Positions 1-9,827 of a stretch of 64,000 bases of DNA are shown here, piece by piece; position 1 is the stretch's first letter, and each line of letters opens with the position of its first letter. A model generated the notes under the pieces. It was not told the origin of the DNA. It saw only the letters and a list, made by a program, of their open reading frames with translations, and ran no database searches. The translations under genes were made by a program, and so were the position numbers. The stretch covers positions 128,001-192,000 of the forward strand of contig OZ223481.1 in NCBI GenBank assembly GCA_965140785.1, given 5' to 3'. Source of the stretch: an uncultured Ruficoccus sp. (GTDB lineage Bacteria > Verrucomicrobiota > Verrucomicrobiia > Opitutales > Cerasicoccaceae).

Positions 1-315
1 GACCAGACTCATGTCGCCCCTGAGCACGTTGATCAGCTCCGGCAGTTCATCGAGGCTGGTCGAGCGCAGAAAGCGGCCATACGCCCCCAACCGCTCAGCG
101 TCGGGCAACGGCTCCCCGTCCGGGCCGCAGGCATTGCTCATCGTGCGCAGCTTGATCAGGGGGAAAACCTTCCCGTTCAGGCCGGGGCGGGGCTGGACAA
201 AAAACACCGGCCACCCCAGCTTCGCCCACGACACCAGGCACAGGACCAGCAAGACCGGGCTGAAAGCCAAGAGCGCCAGCGCGGAAACAAAGAGGTCGAA
301 GAGTCGCTTGGCCAT
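1..315 (-). CDS. PglC-like polyprenyl-phosphate sugar-1-phosphate transferase (3' end outside window)
   Basis: Own translation from ATG at 315: MAKRLFDL...PVFFVQPRPGLNGKVFPLIKLRTM...LPDAERL...GRFLRSTSLDELPELINVLRGDMSLV, the bacterial sugar transferase signature. Absent from the ORF track because it runs off the edge. Confidence 0.92.
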   Translation of the reverse strand, partial: MAKRLFDLFVSALALLAFSPVLLVLCLVSWAKLGWPVFFVQPRPGLNGKVFPLIKLRTMSNACGPDGEPLPDAERLGAYGRFLRSTSLDELPELINVLRGDMSLV

Positions 316-556
316 GATTCGATGAGCAGGGGGATAACCTGTATCTTTCAGGATTTATCCCTCGCAACAAGCAGAAGATGCCATCCCCGGCGACTGCTCA
401 TTCGGAACATTCCCTCCATGCCCGATGAGAGCGCCATCGCCGGGGAGAAATAAAAAGCCACTGCACCTCACGGAAAGTTCCGCAACACGCAGTGGCCAGA
501 AAAGCTTGGGCAATGGGCCGGGCATTCTCCCGACCGTCAAGCCCATTAGGAATCGT

Positions 557-1552
557 TTACAGCGAGGAACGACCGGCTTCGATTTCGCCCTTGATCCAGT
601 CGTAGGTCTTTTTCATGCCCTCACGCAGGGAGATGGAGGGCGCCCAGCCCATCAGTTCCTTGATGCGGGTGTTGTCGCTGCTGCGGCCACGCACGCCCTT
701 GGGCGCGTCGAGGTTGTAGTTGCGCTCCAGCTTGACCCCGGCGATTTCCTCGGTGATGTCCACCAGTTCGTTGATGGAGACCATCTCGTCGCTGCCGAGA
801 TTGATCGGCTCGATGATATCGCTGTCCATGATCCGGTTGATACCCTCGATGCAATCGTCGATGTACATGAACGAGCGGGTCTGCAGACCGTCGCCCCAGA
901 TTTCGATGTTCAGATCACCGCTGCTAGCCGCGTGGATGACCTTGCGGCAGATGGCGGCAGGGGCCTTTTCACGGCCACCGTCGTAGGTGCCATACGGGCC
1001 ATAGACATTGTGAAAACGGTACACGCGGGTTTCGATGCCGAAGTCCTCGCGGAAATGACGGCACATGCGCTCGCTGAAAAGCTTTTCCCAGCCGTAGCCG
1101 TCCTCGGGGTCGGCCGGATAGGCGTCGGCTTCCTTCAGACCGGGGTTGGTGGTCTCGCGCTGCTTGTAGCCGGCATAGACGCAGGCCGAAGAGGCGTAGA
1201 AGAAACGGCTCGTGCCGGTATCGCGGGCGGCGATCAACAGGTGGGTGTTGATCAGGACACTGAGCATGCACAGAGCCTTGTTGTTCTCGATAAAGCCCAT
1301 GCCTCCCATATCCGCGGCGAGGTTGTAAACACGGTCGCAACCGTTGACCGCCTCGTGACAGGCATCCAGGTATTGAAGGTCGAGCACGCGATTATCCACA
1401 TCATTGAAGCGCTGATACCACTGCGTGAACGGCTTGCGGTCCACTGCGCGGATATTGGTAAAGCCGCGCGAGCGGAGATTGGCAACCAAATGACCGCCAA
1501 TGAAGCCACCGGCACCGGCGACCAGGATTTTTTGAGTTTTATCTATGTTCAT
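557..1552 (-). CDS. NAD-dependent epimerase, GDP-mannose 3',5'-epimerase-like
   Basis: GAGGFIG Rossmann motif, AADMGGMGFI, ASSACVY, YGWEK and GGREKAPAAICRK, all typical of the GME subgroup of extended SDRs. Confidence 0.85.
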   Translation of the reverse strand: MNIDKTQKILVAGAGGFIGGHLVANLRSRGFTNIRAVDRKPFTQWYQRFNDVDNRVLDLQYLDACHEAVNGCDRVYNLAADMGGMGFIENNKALCMLSVLINTHLLIAARDTGTSRFFYASSACVYAGYKQRETTNPGLKEADAYPADPEDGYGWEKLFSERMCRHFREDFGIETRVYRFHNVYGPYGTYDGGREKAPAAICRKVIHAASSGDLNIEIWGDGLQTRSFMYIDDCIEGINRIMDSDIIEPINLGSDEMVSINELVDITEEIAGVKLERNYNLDAPKGVRGRSSDNTRIKELMGWAPSISLREGMKKTYDWIKGEIEAGRSSL

Positions 1553-1596
1553 GATGGATAGTGTTCAGATATAAAGGGGACAAAATCTAGGGGATA

Positions 1597-1935
1597 TTAC
1601 TCTTCGACGGCGATGACCAGTATTTTCAGCAACTCTTTGCCCGGGTTGGCGACCGTGTGTGTCTCGCCCGGTTCGACCAGCACGGTAGAGTTTGCCCCCA
1701 CCCTTAATTCACGCTCATCCACCGTAAAGGACGCCTCGCCCTCGAGCACATAGTAGAACTCGTACATGTCGGGATGGGCATGAGCCTGAGTCCGCTGGCC
1801 GGGCTGAAACTCGGTTTGTGAAATTTGCGTAACCTTGGGCAATTGCCCTTTGCGCACGAACACGCGCTTGAGGATATCGGGGTCGTGGGAAACGCCCTCC
1901 GCTGCCAAATCATCTGCTCGCTGGTAGATCATCAC
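1597..1935 (-). CDS. Cupin domain protein
   Basis: HAHPDMYEFYYVLEG and VEPGETHTV cupin motifs; overlaps the stop of the upstream GT. Confidence 0.85.
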   Translation of the reverse strand: MMIYQRADDLAAEGVSHDPDILKRVFVRKGQLPKVTQISQTEFQPGQRTQAHAHPDMYEFYYVLEGEASFTVDERELRVGANSTVLVEPGETHTVANPGKELLKILVIAVEE

Positions 1936-3224
1936 GCTTGGGCGGGCTTGGAGGTGCCTTCAAGCACATCGCCGAATTTGCGGCAGAGGATGGCCTTGCT
2001 CAGTTCCTGTTCGACCGCCGCCCGGCCCCGGGCACCCAGCTTTTGGAATTCCTCGGGCGGCAGCTCACTCAGGCGGGTGAGCTGCTCCACCGCGCCATCC
2101 ACATCCCCGTGCTCGACCTGCCAGCCGCAGTGGTGCTTGTCGATCACGTCGGAAATCGCGCACGGACTGGCCCCCAGCAGGATGATGGGCCGGGACAGTG
2201 CCATGGCCCCATAAAACTTGCACGGGTGGATGATGCCGACCATCTCGTCGCCCATGGAGATCAGATGCACGTCCGCCGCCGACAGGGAGTACTTGATCTG
2301 ATCCAGCGGCTGATAGGGCAGCGAAACGATGTTGCAGGGCGCATGCTCGCGGATTACGGCCTCCACGCTCTGCTTGCCCAGGCCGCCACCGACAAAGAGA
2401 AAGACCAGCTTCGGGTTGTCCTGAAGCCGCAGCGCGGCCTGCAGGATCGTATCTAGCGGGTGCGCCGGGGAGTGGTTCCCGCTGTACATGATGACAAGCT
2501 TGTCCTCCAGGTTATGCGCCTTGCGGAACGGATTGTCGGCGTGCGCGACCTGTTCGAGATAGCCCTCCATCGGCCAGGGGGGCATGATGTGAAACTTGCG
2601 TTCGGCCTCCGGCAGTTTCCGCTTCATCGTCTCCGCCATGAACCGGTCCAACACGACGATGTCCGAAGCCCGCTTCAGGATCAGGCGATTGAACCATTCG
2701 AAGACCCGCACCGCGAGGCTCCCCTGCGCGGCCTTGCCCATGGCCACCGCCTGGTCGGGATTGATGTCCATCACCCAGTAGCAGATCCGCACCCGGCGAA
2801 AAAAACTGAGCATGACGGCGATGGCCCCGCCCATGGGCGGCGAGGTCGTCACGAGCAGGCAGTCCGGCTTTTTGGAAAAAAGCCCGCGCAGAAACGCCTG
2901 GGCGCAAAACGACAGCTGCCCGCCCAGGCGGTGCAGGATCGTGCGCTTGCCCAGCGAGGAGAACGGCAGGCGGCGGATATTAACCCCGTTGCGCTGCTCG
3001 CGGGAAGGAAACTTCTCCTTCGGGTTGTCGTACCCGCGGTCCGAAGTCAGGACGGTCACCTCCCAGCCACGGGCGGCCATTTCCTCGGCCGCGTCGGCCA
3101 TGTGCTGCCCGACACTGGCCGGGTCGGGAACATAAACTTGAGAAATGAGCAGCATACGCCCAGGCGCAGGCTTCTCCGAGAGCGAGTGAGAGGCTCTGGA
3201 GGAAAAATCGGAAGCAGCAGACAT
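1932..3224 (-). CDS. Glycosyltransferase family 4 (WcaI/WbuB-like)
   Basis: SQVYVPD N-terminal motif, YWVMDINPD, YSGN and HPCKFYGAMA. Confidence 0.88.
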   Translation of the reverse strand: MSAASDFSSRASHSLSEKPAPGRMLLISQVYVPDPASVGQHMADAAEEMAARGWEVTVLTSDRGYDNPKEKFPSREQRNGVNIRRLPFSSLGKRTILHRLGGQLSFCAQAFLRGLFSKKPDCLLVTTSPPMGGAIAVMLSFFRRVRICYWVMDINPDQAVAMGKAAQGSLAVRVFEWFNRLILKRASDIVVLDRFMAETMKRKLPEAERKFHIMPPWPMEGYLEQVAHADNPFRKAHNLEDKLVIMYSGNHSPAHPLDTILQAALRLQDNPKLVFLFVGGGLGKQSVEAVIREHAPCNIVSLPYQPLDQIKYSLSAADVHLISMGDEMVGIIHPCKFYGAMALSRPIILLGASPCAISDVIDKHHCGWQVEHGDVDGAVEQLTRLSELPPEEFQKLGARGRAAVEQELSKAILCRKFGDVLEGTSKPAQA

Positions 3225-3424
3225 AGGAAATCGCGAGCTGGCGGTTAAAGCAAGCAGGCCGCCGTCTGCAGCCTGAAGGTTTTGTTTAGAACTGAGCCGC
3301 GATCAATGTCGAGTCAATGTTTCCCCACTTTGAACTGAGGAGAACGCCCGGGGGACTAATGGGCATCGTGTAACGATGGACGTCACTGAGTTACGCCTGT
3401 GAAACATCCCCGGCGACAGCGCGG

Positions 3425-5845
3425 CTAACGAGGCCCCGGGGCGATGTACAGTTCGATATCGTCCCAGTCGATCCAGTCTCCGGCCCCCTGATTGCGCACG
3501 ACCAACTCCAGCCGAGCCTTCGCGGCCCCGGTCATCGCCTCGCCTACCGCCGTCAACGGCAGCCAGTCATGCTCGCCCGGTGGGAGGCCGTCCATGTGCC
3601 ACGAGCCCAGGCTCTTGCCGTCGGCGTCCAGCAGGCGCATATTGACATAGACCTGAGCGTCCCCGCTGAGCCGCCCCCTGCACCATGCCCGCAGGTACAG
3701 TTGCTGGCCCGGCTGGACCGCCACCGTCCGGATCAGCCCGAAATAGTCGTTGCCTTCGATCCGCAGTCCGTTGCCCGTCCCGCGGGCCGCCCGCGGGGAC
3801 TGCTCCAGTCGCATCTTCTCGGTGTGTTGCGCATCCAACTCCCATCCGCCTTCGCCGACGGCCTCCAGTGTCAGCCCTGGCTGCGCCGGAGCCGCGGCCA
3901 GCCCGCCGGAAAAAAGCGGCTCAGTAAATGTCTCGCTCACCATGACTTTCGAGCCCTCCGGCAACGGCTCTCCCCGGTGGGTCGGATCGCTGCGCAGCAG
4001 AAAAAACAGGGCCAGGCTCCGACGCCAGTTTCCGGTCAGGGCACGGCTCAACTCCGGCTCAGTAGCCAGCAGTTCCTCCGCATCGGCGGAGCTCGCCCGC
4101 GGCTGAGCAGCCAGACGTCGCCAGGTCCAGTAGTGCTCCACCGCCAGCTCGGTCATGCGAAAGCTGTCCGAAACGCGCCCGATACGCCGCCGGACGAGCT
4201 CGTCCGGCGCCAGCGAGCGAGCTTCCTCCAGGCAGGCCCGCAGGCGCGCGCACAACTCCAGAGGAAACAACTCCGCCTGCGAGGGTGAGGTAAAGTACTT
4301 GATCCAGCGTCCCGGCGGCGGCTGCTTCATCCACGCCTCCTCGCACAGGGCGTAAAAGCGCCGCATCGGCGCGGCGGACTCCCGGTAGCAGCGGCGAAAA
4401 TACTCCTCCAACAGGACATCGGGGTCCTTCTCGATATCCCATAACAGTTGAGCGGCCAGCCAGAGCTTTGGGTCGTCGATACCGGGATTACGCACGCCTT
4501 CAGCGAAGAACGAGCGCACCCCGTGCGCATACAGGTAGGGCAGCGATTCGCCAATGATGGTCGGGTAATGACGCGGGATGAAATAAGGAATCCCCTCGTA
4601 GTAGTCCCAAGAGCCCAGCTTGTTCACGCCAGTCCTTTCCCAGCGGCGGATGAGCGCCTCGTCCCCGGCCCGGTAGCCGTGGTCGAACCACTGCGCCCGA
4701 TCCGAAGTCAGCCAAGGCATAATCTGCGGGTGCAGTTCGAGCTCGGGCACTTCCTCGGCATAATAATAAGCGAGCTGGGTCAAGACCTTGTCCGCGTACT
4801 TGTCGCCCGTCGCCTCATCTTCAAAAAGCTGAACCGCCACGGCATTGGTGAAGCCGAAAACCGCCTCCGAATAGTTGGGGAGCCCGCGGAAATAGGTAAA
4901 CGGCTCCACCGCGGCCCGTGTGTGCGCGCTCTGGTCAAAGCTCAGGCTGTCGGTGATACCGAGAGAAACGCTCTGCTCGTCGGGGTGTTCGTCAAAATAA
5001 CGGGCGGCCTGCTCCGCGATATGGGCCTGGTAGCCAGGGTCGAGCAGGTTGGGCTGCGGCCCGTTGCTGGTGACACGCTCCGTCTTGCGCCCCCAGAGCG
5101 TGGACTGCCAGGCCGGATGGTCCTTGAACGCTTCGGCGTCGGTCAGCCGGTGCAGATTGTGATTGTAATAAAAGCGGCTTCCCAGGCCGTTGCGTAGGGT
5201 CCACTCTTTTTGCTCCGGCGTCTTACGCGCCTGACTGAGGCTGCGCTCCTCGAAGGACGGCTCGACCCGCCCGCCGACGCGCGGCAGCAGCGAGGGCGTC
5301 TCTTCCGGCAAGCTCACTCCGTCCTCACCCGGGAAAAGCCACAGTACCCCGTAGTGCTCACGCAGCAACCAGGCCGCCCCGTAGTAGGTGCCGCGGGGAC
5401 TGGCTCCGGCGATGGCCAGCCACGCGGCGGCTTCGCCGGGACGATGACGCAGAGGCCGGTACGGATAACGTCGGGGCCCCACCCTGGACCGCCAAGGACG
5501 GTACCGGATCAGCAGGAAACCATCTGGGTCCAGTTCGTCTCCGTCACAGATCTGCTCTCCGTCGGGACCTGTTGTCCCGACAAAGAGTCTCGCCCCCGCC
5601 TCCGGAGTCTCGCCGACGCTCACCGTTTCAATCCGCCCCGGATAAAGCTGCTCCAGGGTTTGCACCAGCAGTTCCACCGCCTGTGTTTCCTCCGGTTGCG
5701 GGTTCGCGGGTGAGACAATGACGAGCCCCTCCGCCCCGTCGTCCACACCGGCTGAGGACGCCGACAGGCATCCCGCCAGAACAGTCAGGGCGAGAGCGGG
5801 AATTCGGATCAGCATCAGGAGGTGACTACTATGTCTCGTAAACAA
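3425..5845 (-). CDS. Secreted DUF4838-like protein with a C-terminal carbohydrate-binding-like beta domain
   Basis: Signal-peptide-like N-terminus; GASPRGTYYG..LLREHYGVLWLFPG, PSFEER, HNL and WLAAQLLWD resemble DUF4838/GH-like proteins. Family assignment by recognition only. Confidence 0.6.
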   Translation of the reverse strand: MFTRHSSHLLMLIRIPALALTVLAGCLSASSAGVDDGAEGLVIVSPANPQPEETQAVELLVQTLEQLYPGRIETVSVGETPEAGARLFVGTTGPDGEQICDGDELDPDGFLLIRYRPWRSRVGPRRYPYRPLRHRPGEAAAWLAIAGASPRGTYYGAAWLLREHYGVLWLFPGEDGVSLPEETPSLLPRVGGRVEPSFEERSLSQARKTPEQKEWTLRNGLGSRFYYNHNLHRLTDAEAFKDHPAWQSTLWGRKTERVTSNGPQPNLLDPGYQAHIAEQAARYFDEHPDEQSVSLGITDSLSFDQSAHTRAAVEPFTYFRGLPNYSEAVFGFTNAVAVQLFEDEATGDKYADKVLTQLAYYYAEEVPELELHPQIMPWLTSDRAQWFDHGYRAGDEALIRRWERTGVNKLGSWDYYEGIPYFIPRHYPTIIGESLPYLYAHGVRSFFAEGVRNPGIDDPKLWLAAQLLWDIEKDPDVLLEEYFRRCYRESAAPMRRFYALCEEAWMKQPPPGRWIKYFTSPSQAELFPLELCARLRACLEEARSLAPDELVRRRIGRVSDSFRMTELAVEHYWTWRRLAAQPRASSADAEELLATEPELSRALTGNWRRSLALFFLLRSDPTHRGEPLPEGSKVMVSETFTEPLFSGGLAAAPAQPGLTLEAVGEGGWELDAQHTEKMRLEQSPRAARGTGNGLRIEGNDYFGLIRTVAVQPGQQLYLRAWCRGRLSGDAQVYVNMRLLDADGKSLGSWHMDGLPPGEHDWLPLTAVGEAMTGAAKARLELVVRNQGAGDWIDWDDIELYIAPGPR

Positions 5846-5884
5846 AATAAAGGTTCCCGGGCCCTGCCCGTTGTTAACTCGGGC

Positions 5885-6841
5885 CTAGCCAAGAATGTCG
5901 TGCATGCGGAGAATACCCGCCACACGGCCCTTACCATCGACCACGGGCACGACGTAAATCTCGTGCTGCTCCATCAGGTCCATGATTTCGCCCGCTGCGG
6001 CCTGCAGGTGAACGGACTTGGGGCGAGCGGTCATGAGCTTGGCGGCTTCAGCCGCGCCGGGGCCACCCGGGAGCATGGCGCGTCGGATGTCCCCGTCGGT
6101 GATAATGCCCAGAAGGCGTTCCTCCTCGTCCACCACCAGAACCGCCCCCAGGTTCGGCCGGCTCATCTCGCCGATGATCTGTTCAAAGTTTGCCTGCGCC
6201 TTAACCACGGGCAGGTGGTCGCCGGTCTGCATGACATCGGCTGCCGTCAGCAGCAGACGGCGGCCCAGCGTGCCGCCGGGGTGAAAAATCGCGAACTGCT
6301 CGGGCTTGAAATCGCACGCGTTCATCATGGCCACGGCCAGGGCGTCCCCGATAGCCAGCGCGATCATGGAACTCGTCATGGGCGCGAGGTTGAGGGGGCA
6401 GGCCTCGCGTTCGATGGAGGCGTCCAGCACCAGGTCGCACCGCTCGGCCAACCGGGTGTTCGTCTTGCCGAAGATGCCCAGTACCTTGGCACCGATGTGC
6501 TTGATCGAGGGCAGCATCTTGGCCATTTCCACTGTTTCGGCACTGTTGGAGACCATAAGGACAACGTCCCCGGCACTAACCACGCCCAGGTCCCCGTGCA
6601 GGGCCTCGGCCGCGTTGATGTAAACGGCGGGCGTGCCCGTGCTGGCGAAAGTCGCGGCGATCTTGTGGGCGACGATGCCAGACTTGCCGATGCCGGTCAG
6701 GACGACCTTTCCCTGAACCGCCAGCAGCGTTTCAACAAATGCGTCGAAGTTGGGCCGGAGCCGCTCCAGCGTCTGGGACAGGGCAGCCCGGTCGCGTTCG
6801 AAGACGTCGCGGGCGGAGGAAAAATGGTCGGGAGCGGTCAT
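5885..6841 (-). CDS. kdsD: Arabinose-5-phosphate isomerase (KpsF/GutQ, SIS + 2 CBS)
   Basis: TGIGKSG, ASTGTPA, EALHGDLG, REACPLNLAPMTSS and FHPGGTLG. Start placed at the ATG overlapping the kdsA stop (TGATG). Confidence 0.92.
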   Translation of the reverse strand: MTAPDHFSSARDVFERDRAALSQTLERLRPNFDAFVETLLAVQGKVVLTGIGKSGIVAHKIAATFASTGTPAVYINAAEALHGDLGVVSAGDVVLMVSNSAETVEMAKMLPSIKHIGAKVLGIFGKTNTRLAERCDLVLDASIEREACPLNLAPMTSSMIALAIGDALAVAMMNACDFKPEQFAIFHPGGTLGRRLLLTAADVMQTGDHLPVVKAQANFEQIIGEMSRPNLGAVLVVDEEERLLGIITDGDIRRAMLPGGPGAAEAAKLMTARPKSVHLQAAAGEIMDLMEQHEIYVVPVVDGKGRVAGILRMHDILG

Positions 6842-7641
6842 CAGGCTAAGTTTCTCACGGTGGCCCAGAGCTTCAGGCACGATTCCACCAGGGCCGGGAA
6901 CTGCTCCAGCGGAATTTGGTTGGGACCGTCGGAGATGGCCTGGTCCGGGTCCGGGTGGGTTTCAAAAAACAGGCCGTCGGCCCCGGCGGCCAAGGCCGCG
7001 CGGGCCAAGGCGGGTACGAACTCGCGCTGGCCGGTGGTTTTGCCGCCCCCGGCACCGGGAAGCTGCACGCTGTGGGTGGCATCGAAAACCGTCGGATGCC
7101 CGTAGCCCTTCATGATCGAGAACGAGCGCATGTCCACCACGAGATTCTGGTAGCCGAAGGTCGAGCCGCGCTCGGTCTGCCACAGTTCGGCCGCATCCGC
7201 ACCCTCCAGCTTGTCCACGACGAAGCGCATCTCCGTGGGCGAGAGGAACTGCCCCTTCTTGACATTGACCACGCGCCCGGTCTTCGCGGCGGCAACCAGC
7301 AGGTCCGTCTGGCGGCAGAGGAAGGCCGGCACCTGGAGCACCTCGCAAACCTCGCCCACCGGGCCGGCCTGCTCGGGCAGGTGGAAATCCGTCGTCACCG
7401 GCAGGCCGGTCTCGGCCTTGACCTTCTGGAGCAGGGCCAGCCCCTCGTCCATTCCCGGCCCTCGGTCGCTGCCGAGCGAGGTGCGGTTGGCCTTGTCGAA
7501 CGAGCCCTTGAAAACGAGGTTCAGCTCCGGGTGGGCGGCAGCCAGGGCGGCGAGTTTCTCCGCCACCGTCAGCGTGAGCCGCTCGGTTTCCAACGAGCAG
7601 GGACCGGCGATAAGCAACAGGCGCTTGGGATCGTAGAGCAT
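6841..7641 (-). CDS. kdsA: 3-deoxy-8-phosphooctulonate (KDO8P) synthase
   Basis: [47 protein letters not shown] and ETHPDP. Confidence 0.97.
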   Translation of the reverse strand: MLYDPKRLLLIAGPCSLETERLTLTVAEKLAALAAAHPELNLVFKGSFDKANRTSLGSDRGPGMDEGLALLQKVKAETGLPVTTDFHLPEQAGPVGEVCEVLQVPAFLCRQTDLLVAAAKTGRVVNVKKGQFLSPTEMRFVVDKLEGADAAELWQTERGSTFGYQNLVVDMRSFSIMKGYGHPTVFDATHSVQLPGAGGGKTTGQREFVPALARAALAAGADGLFFETHPDPDQAISDGPNQIPLEQFPALVESCLKLWATVRNLA

Positions 7642-7648
7642 GATGTTT

Positions 7649-9220
7649 CTATGTATTTTCCTCCGCCTGCTGGAAGCGCGGGTTCTGGCGCATCCAGATC
7701 ACCGTCAAAGCCGTTGTCAGAGTGACCAGGAGCAACACGGAAGGGTTACTGAGATTAAATTCAAAGCTCGCATGGACCAGCGCCAGCAGGCAACCGGAAA
7801 GGATCATGACATGCTCGCAGGAGAGGGCCCGGATGTAGTAGCAAAGCATCCCCGCCAAATACAACACGATCAGAACAAGGAACCCGCCCCCGACCGCTCC
7901 CAGTTCCGCCGCGAACTGGAGTAGATCGCAATGGGCATGCGTGATACGCAAACGGACTTCCCGCCAACCGTACTCGCTTCTATGCCACCTCAAGCGCCAG
8001 ATGGGCTCGTACTCTTTTTTGAACTGATACGTACGAAACGCCCACTGGAAGGAACCGGCGCCCCACCCGTACACCGGACGGTCCAGGTACATCTCCGCCG
8101 TCGCCTTGGCCATCATTAGCCGCATCTGAACCGAGGAATCCGACAACGCGCCCCCCTCGCTGGAGGACCAGGATTTAAAACGCTCTTCGAACCTTTCGAT
8201 ATCTCCGAACTTCATCACGCCGTAAATCGTGGCGGCCAGCGCCACCAGCAGAAGAATGCTCCCGGCGATAAAGATCCCGAAGCTTCTGCTCTGCACCAGC
8301 CGGAAAAAATAGAGGCAAAGGAACATCACAAGCACTGCCAGGGCCATGATAACTGTGCCGCGGGACAAAGCCGCCGTCAACGCCACGGCAATAACCGCCC
8401 CCAGTAATAGAAACACGATACCGGGATGCGACTTCTGCATGCGCCGGCGGGCACGCTGCGAATAGTAAAAGAACATCCCCAGGCAAAGCGCCAAAATCGG
8501 GTACATAAAGGCACCCGCATGATTGCGATAGGGGAACGGCCCAAAAAATAAGGGGTTCGAGCTGTCGAAATTCCACAGCAGCAGGTCCGTGCCGGTCATT
8601 TGCTGGGCCAGCCCCACCAGGGAGATGGCCGCACCGTTCAGGCAGATGAGCCAGAACAAGATAACGACGGAGCGACGTCGGGTCAGTCCCACCCAGGCCG
8701 TCCATAGGGCCAGCAGTGGCGTTGCCCAGTTCATCAGCGCACGCCAGGCATTACTATACGCGAAGGGAGCCTTCACGCCCGAGGGCAACCAATCCACGTG
8801 CTTAATGGGGTAGGTCCACCAGGTCGAACTGAATCCGATCCAGTTCTCGACATCCTTATGCCCAACCCCAATGGCCGGATTCAGGGCCTGGATCAGAATG
8901 TAAATCATCAGCAGCAGCCCCAGCCAGAAGATCGGAAAGCACAGCAGCTTCCGAAGGTTCCGGCGGGGAGTCTCATCCCGGCCGTGCGCCGGGATAAACA
9001 ACTGGACGAACGTGATCAGGCTGATCGCAAACAAGGCAATCTGGGGCCACATCCCCATGCTCCCCAACAGCCATGGGCCCAAGCACACCAAAAGCCCCAG
9101 CCCGCAAATCGTGAACCACTCTCTCCGTGAAAGAGAAGCCCGCGGGCTGCGTTCTCGTCCCTGCGAATGGCGGCGAAACGCCTCCACCGGGTCTTGGTAT
9201 CTGTTTTTTGGCTGACTCAC
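7649..9220 (-). CDS. O-antigen ligase family membrane protein
   Basis: Multiple TM segments; [25 protein letters not shown] and [14 protein letters not shown] motifs. Confidence 0.85.
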   Translation of the reverse strand: MSQPKNRYQDPVEAFRRHSQGRERSPRASLSRREWFTICGLGLLVCLGPWLLGSMGMWPQIALFAISLITFVQLFIPAHGRDETPRRNLRKLLCFPIFWLGLLLMIYILIQALNPAIGVGHKDVENWIGFSSTWWTYPIKHVDWLPSGVKAPFAYSNAWRALMNWATPLLALWTAWVGLTRRRSVVILFWLICLNGAAISLVGLAQQMTGTDLLLWNFDSSNPLFFGPFPYRNHAGAFMYPILALCLGMFFYYSQRARRRMQKSHPGIVFLLLGAVIAVALTAALSRGTVIMALAVLVMFLCLYFFRLVQSRSFGIFIAGSILLLVALAATIYGVMKFGDIERFEERFKSWSSSEGGALSDSSVQMRLMMAKATAEMYLDRPVYGWGAGSFQWAFRTYQFKKEYEPIWRLRWHRSEYGWREVRLRITHAHCDLLQFAAELGAVGGGFLVLIVLYLAGMLCYYIRALSCEHVMILSGCLLALVHASFEFNLSNPSVLLLVTLTTALTVIWMRQNPRFQQAEENT

Positions 9221-9260
9221 CGTCGGATTCCATTAAGCGGCCATAGGCGCATTCTCTGAC

Positions 9261-9827
9261 TTACGTCCAGTCTTCGCCCTCGACCATTTCGAGCCATTGA
9301 TGAAGAATAAAGGTGTGAATTTCCTGAATCCGGGCCGAGACTCGGGACGGCACGAGGATCTCGTAATCGGTGCCGCCGTGGGCCTTGCCGCCATCGCCTC
9401 CGGCCAACAAGATACTGGTCAGGCCACGGGCACGCGCGGTTTCAAAGGCCCTGAGCAGGTTGGTGGAGTTGCCGCTGGTGGTGAAGCCGACGAAGATATC
9501 GCCGGGCCGCCCCAAGCTCTCCAATTGACGGGAAAACACCGCCTCGAAGCCGAAATCGTTGCCAATGCAGGTCAGGGCCGTCGTATCCGCGCACAGGCAG
9601 ATCGCTGGCAGAGAGGGACGATTGCCCTTGTAGCGGCCAACAAATTCCTCGGCTAGGTGGAGAGCGTCAGCCGCGCTCCCGCCGTTGCCCGCCGAGAGGA
9701 TTTTTCCGCCCTTGCGCAGGCGCTCGATGATAGCCCGGCCCGTCTGCTCGACGAGTGGGAGTTGCCCCGCGAAGGCGGTCAGCACTTCGATCAATTCATG
9801 GTGAGCGTCTTCAGCACGGTATTTCAT
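9261..9827 (-). CDS. gmhA: Phosphoheptose isomerase (SIS)
   Basis: GNGGSAADALHLAEEFVGRY, GNDFGF..VFSRQ, TSGNS and RIQEIH; start at MKYRAE. Confidence 0.93.
   Translation of the reverse strand: MKYRAEDAHHELIEVLTAFAGQLPLVEQTGRAIIERLRKGGKILSAGNGGSAADALHLAEEFVGRYKGNRPSLPAICLCADTTALTCIGNDFGFEAVFSRQLESLGRPGDIFVGFTTSGNSTNLLRAFETARARGLTSILLAGGDGGKAHGGTDYEILVPSRVSARIQEIHTFILHQWLEMVEGEDWT

Noticed and set aside
425..1561. Long plus-strand ORF (378 aa) and similar long antisense ORFs (5822-7105, 31853-33073, 42603-44318, 46979-48247, 55251-56591, 60045-61793, 61827-63338)
   Set aside because: They are shadows of well-supported genes on the opposite strand, expected at high GC, and carry no motifs.
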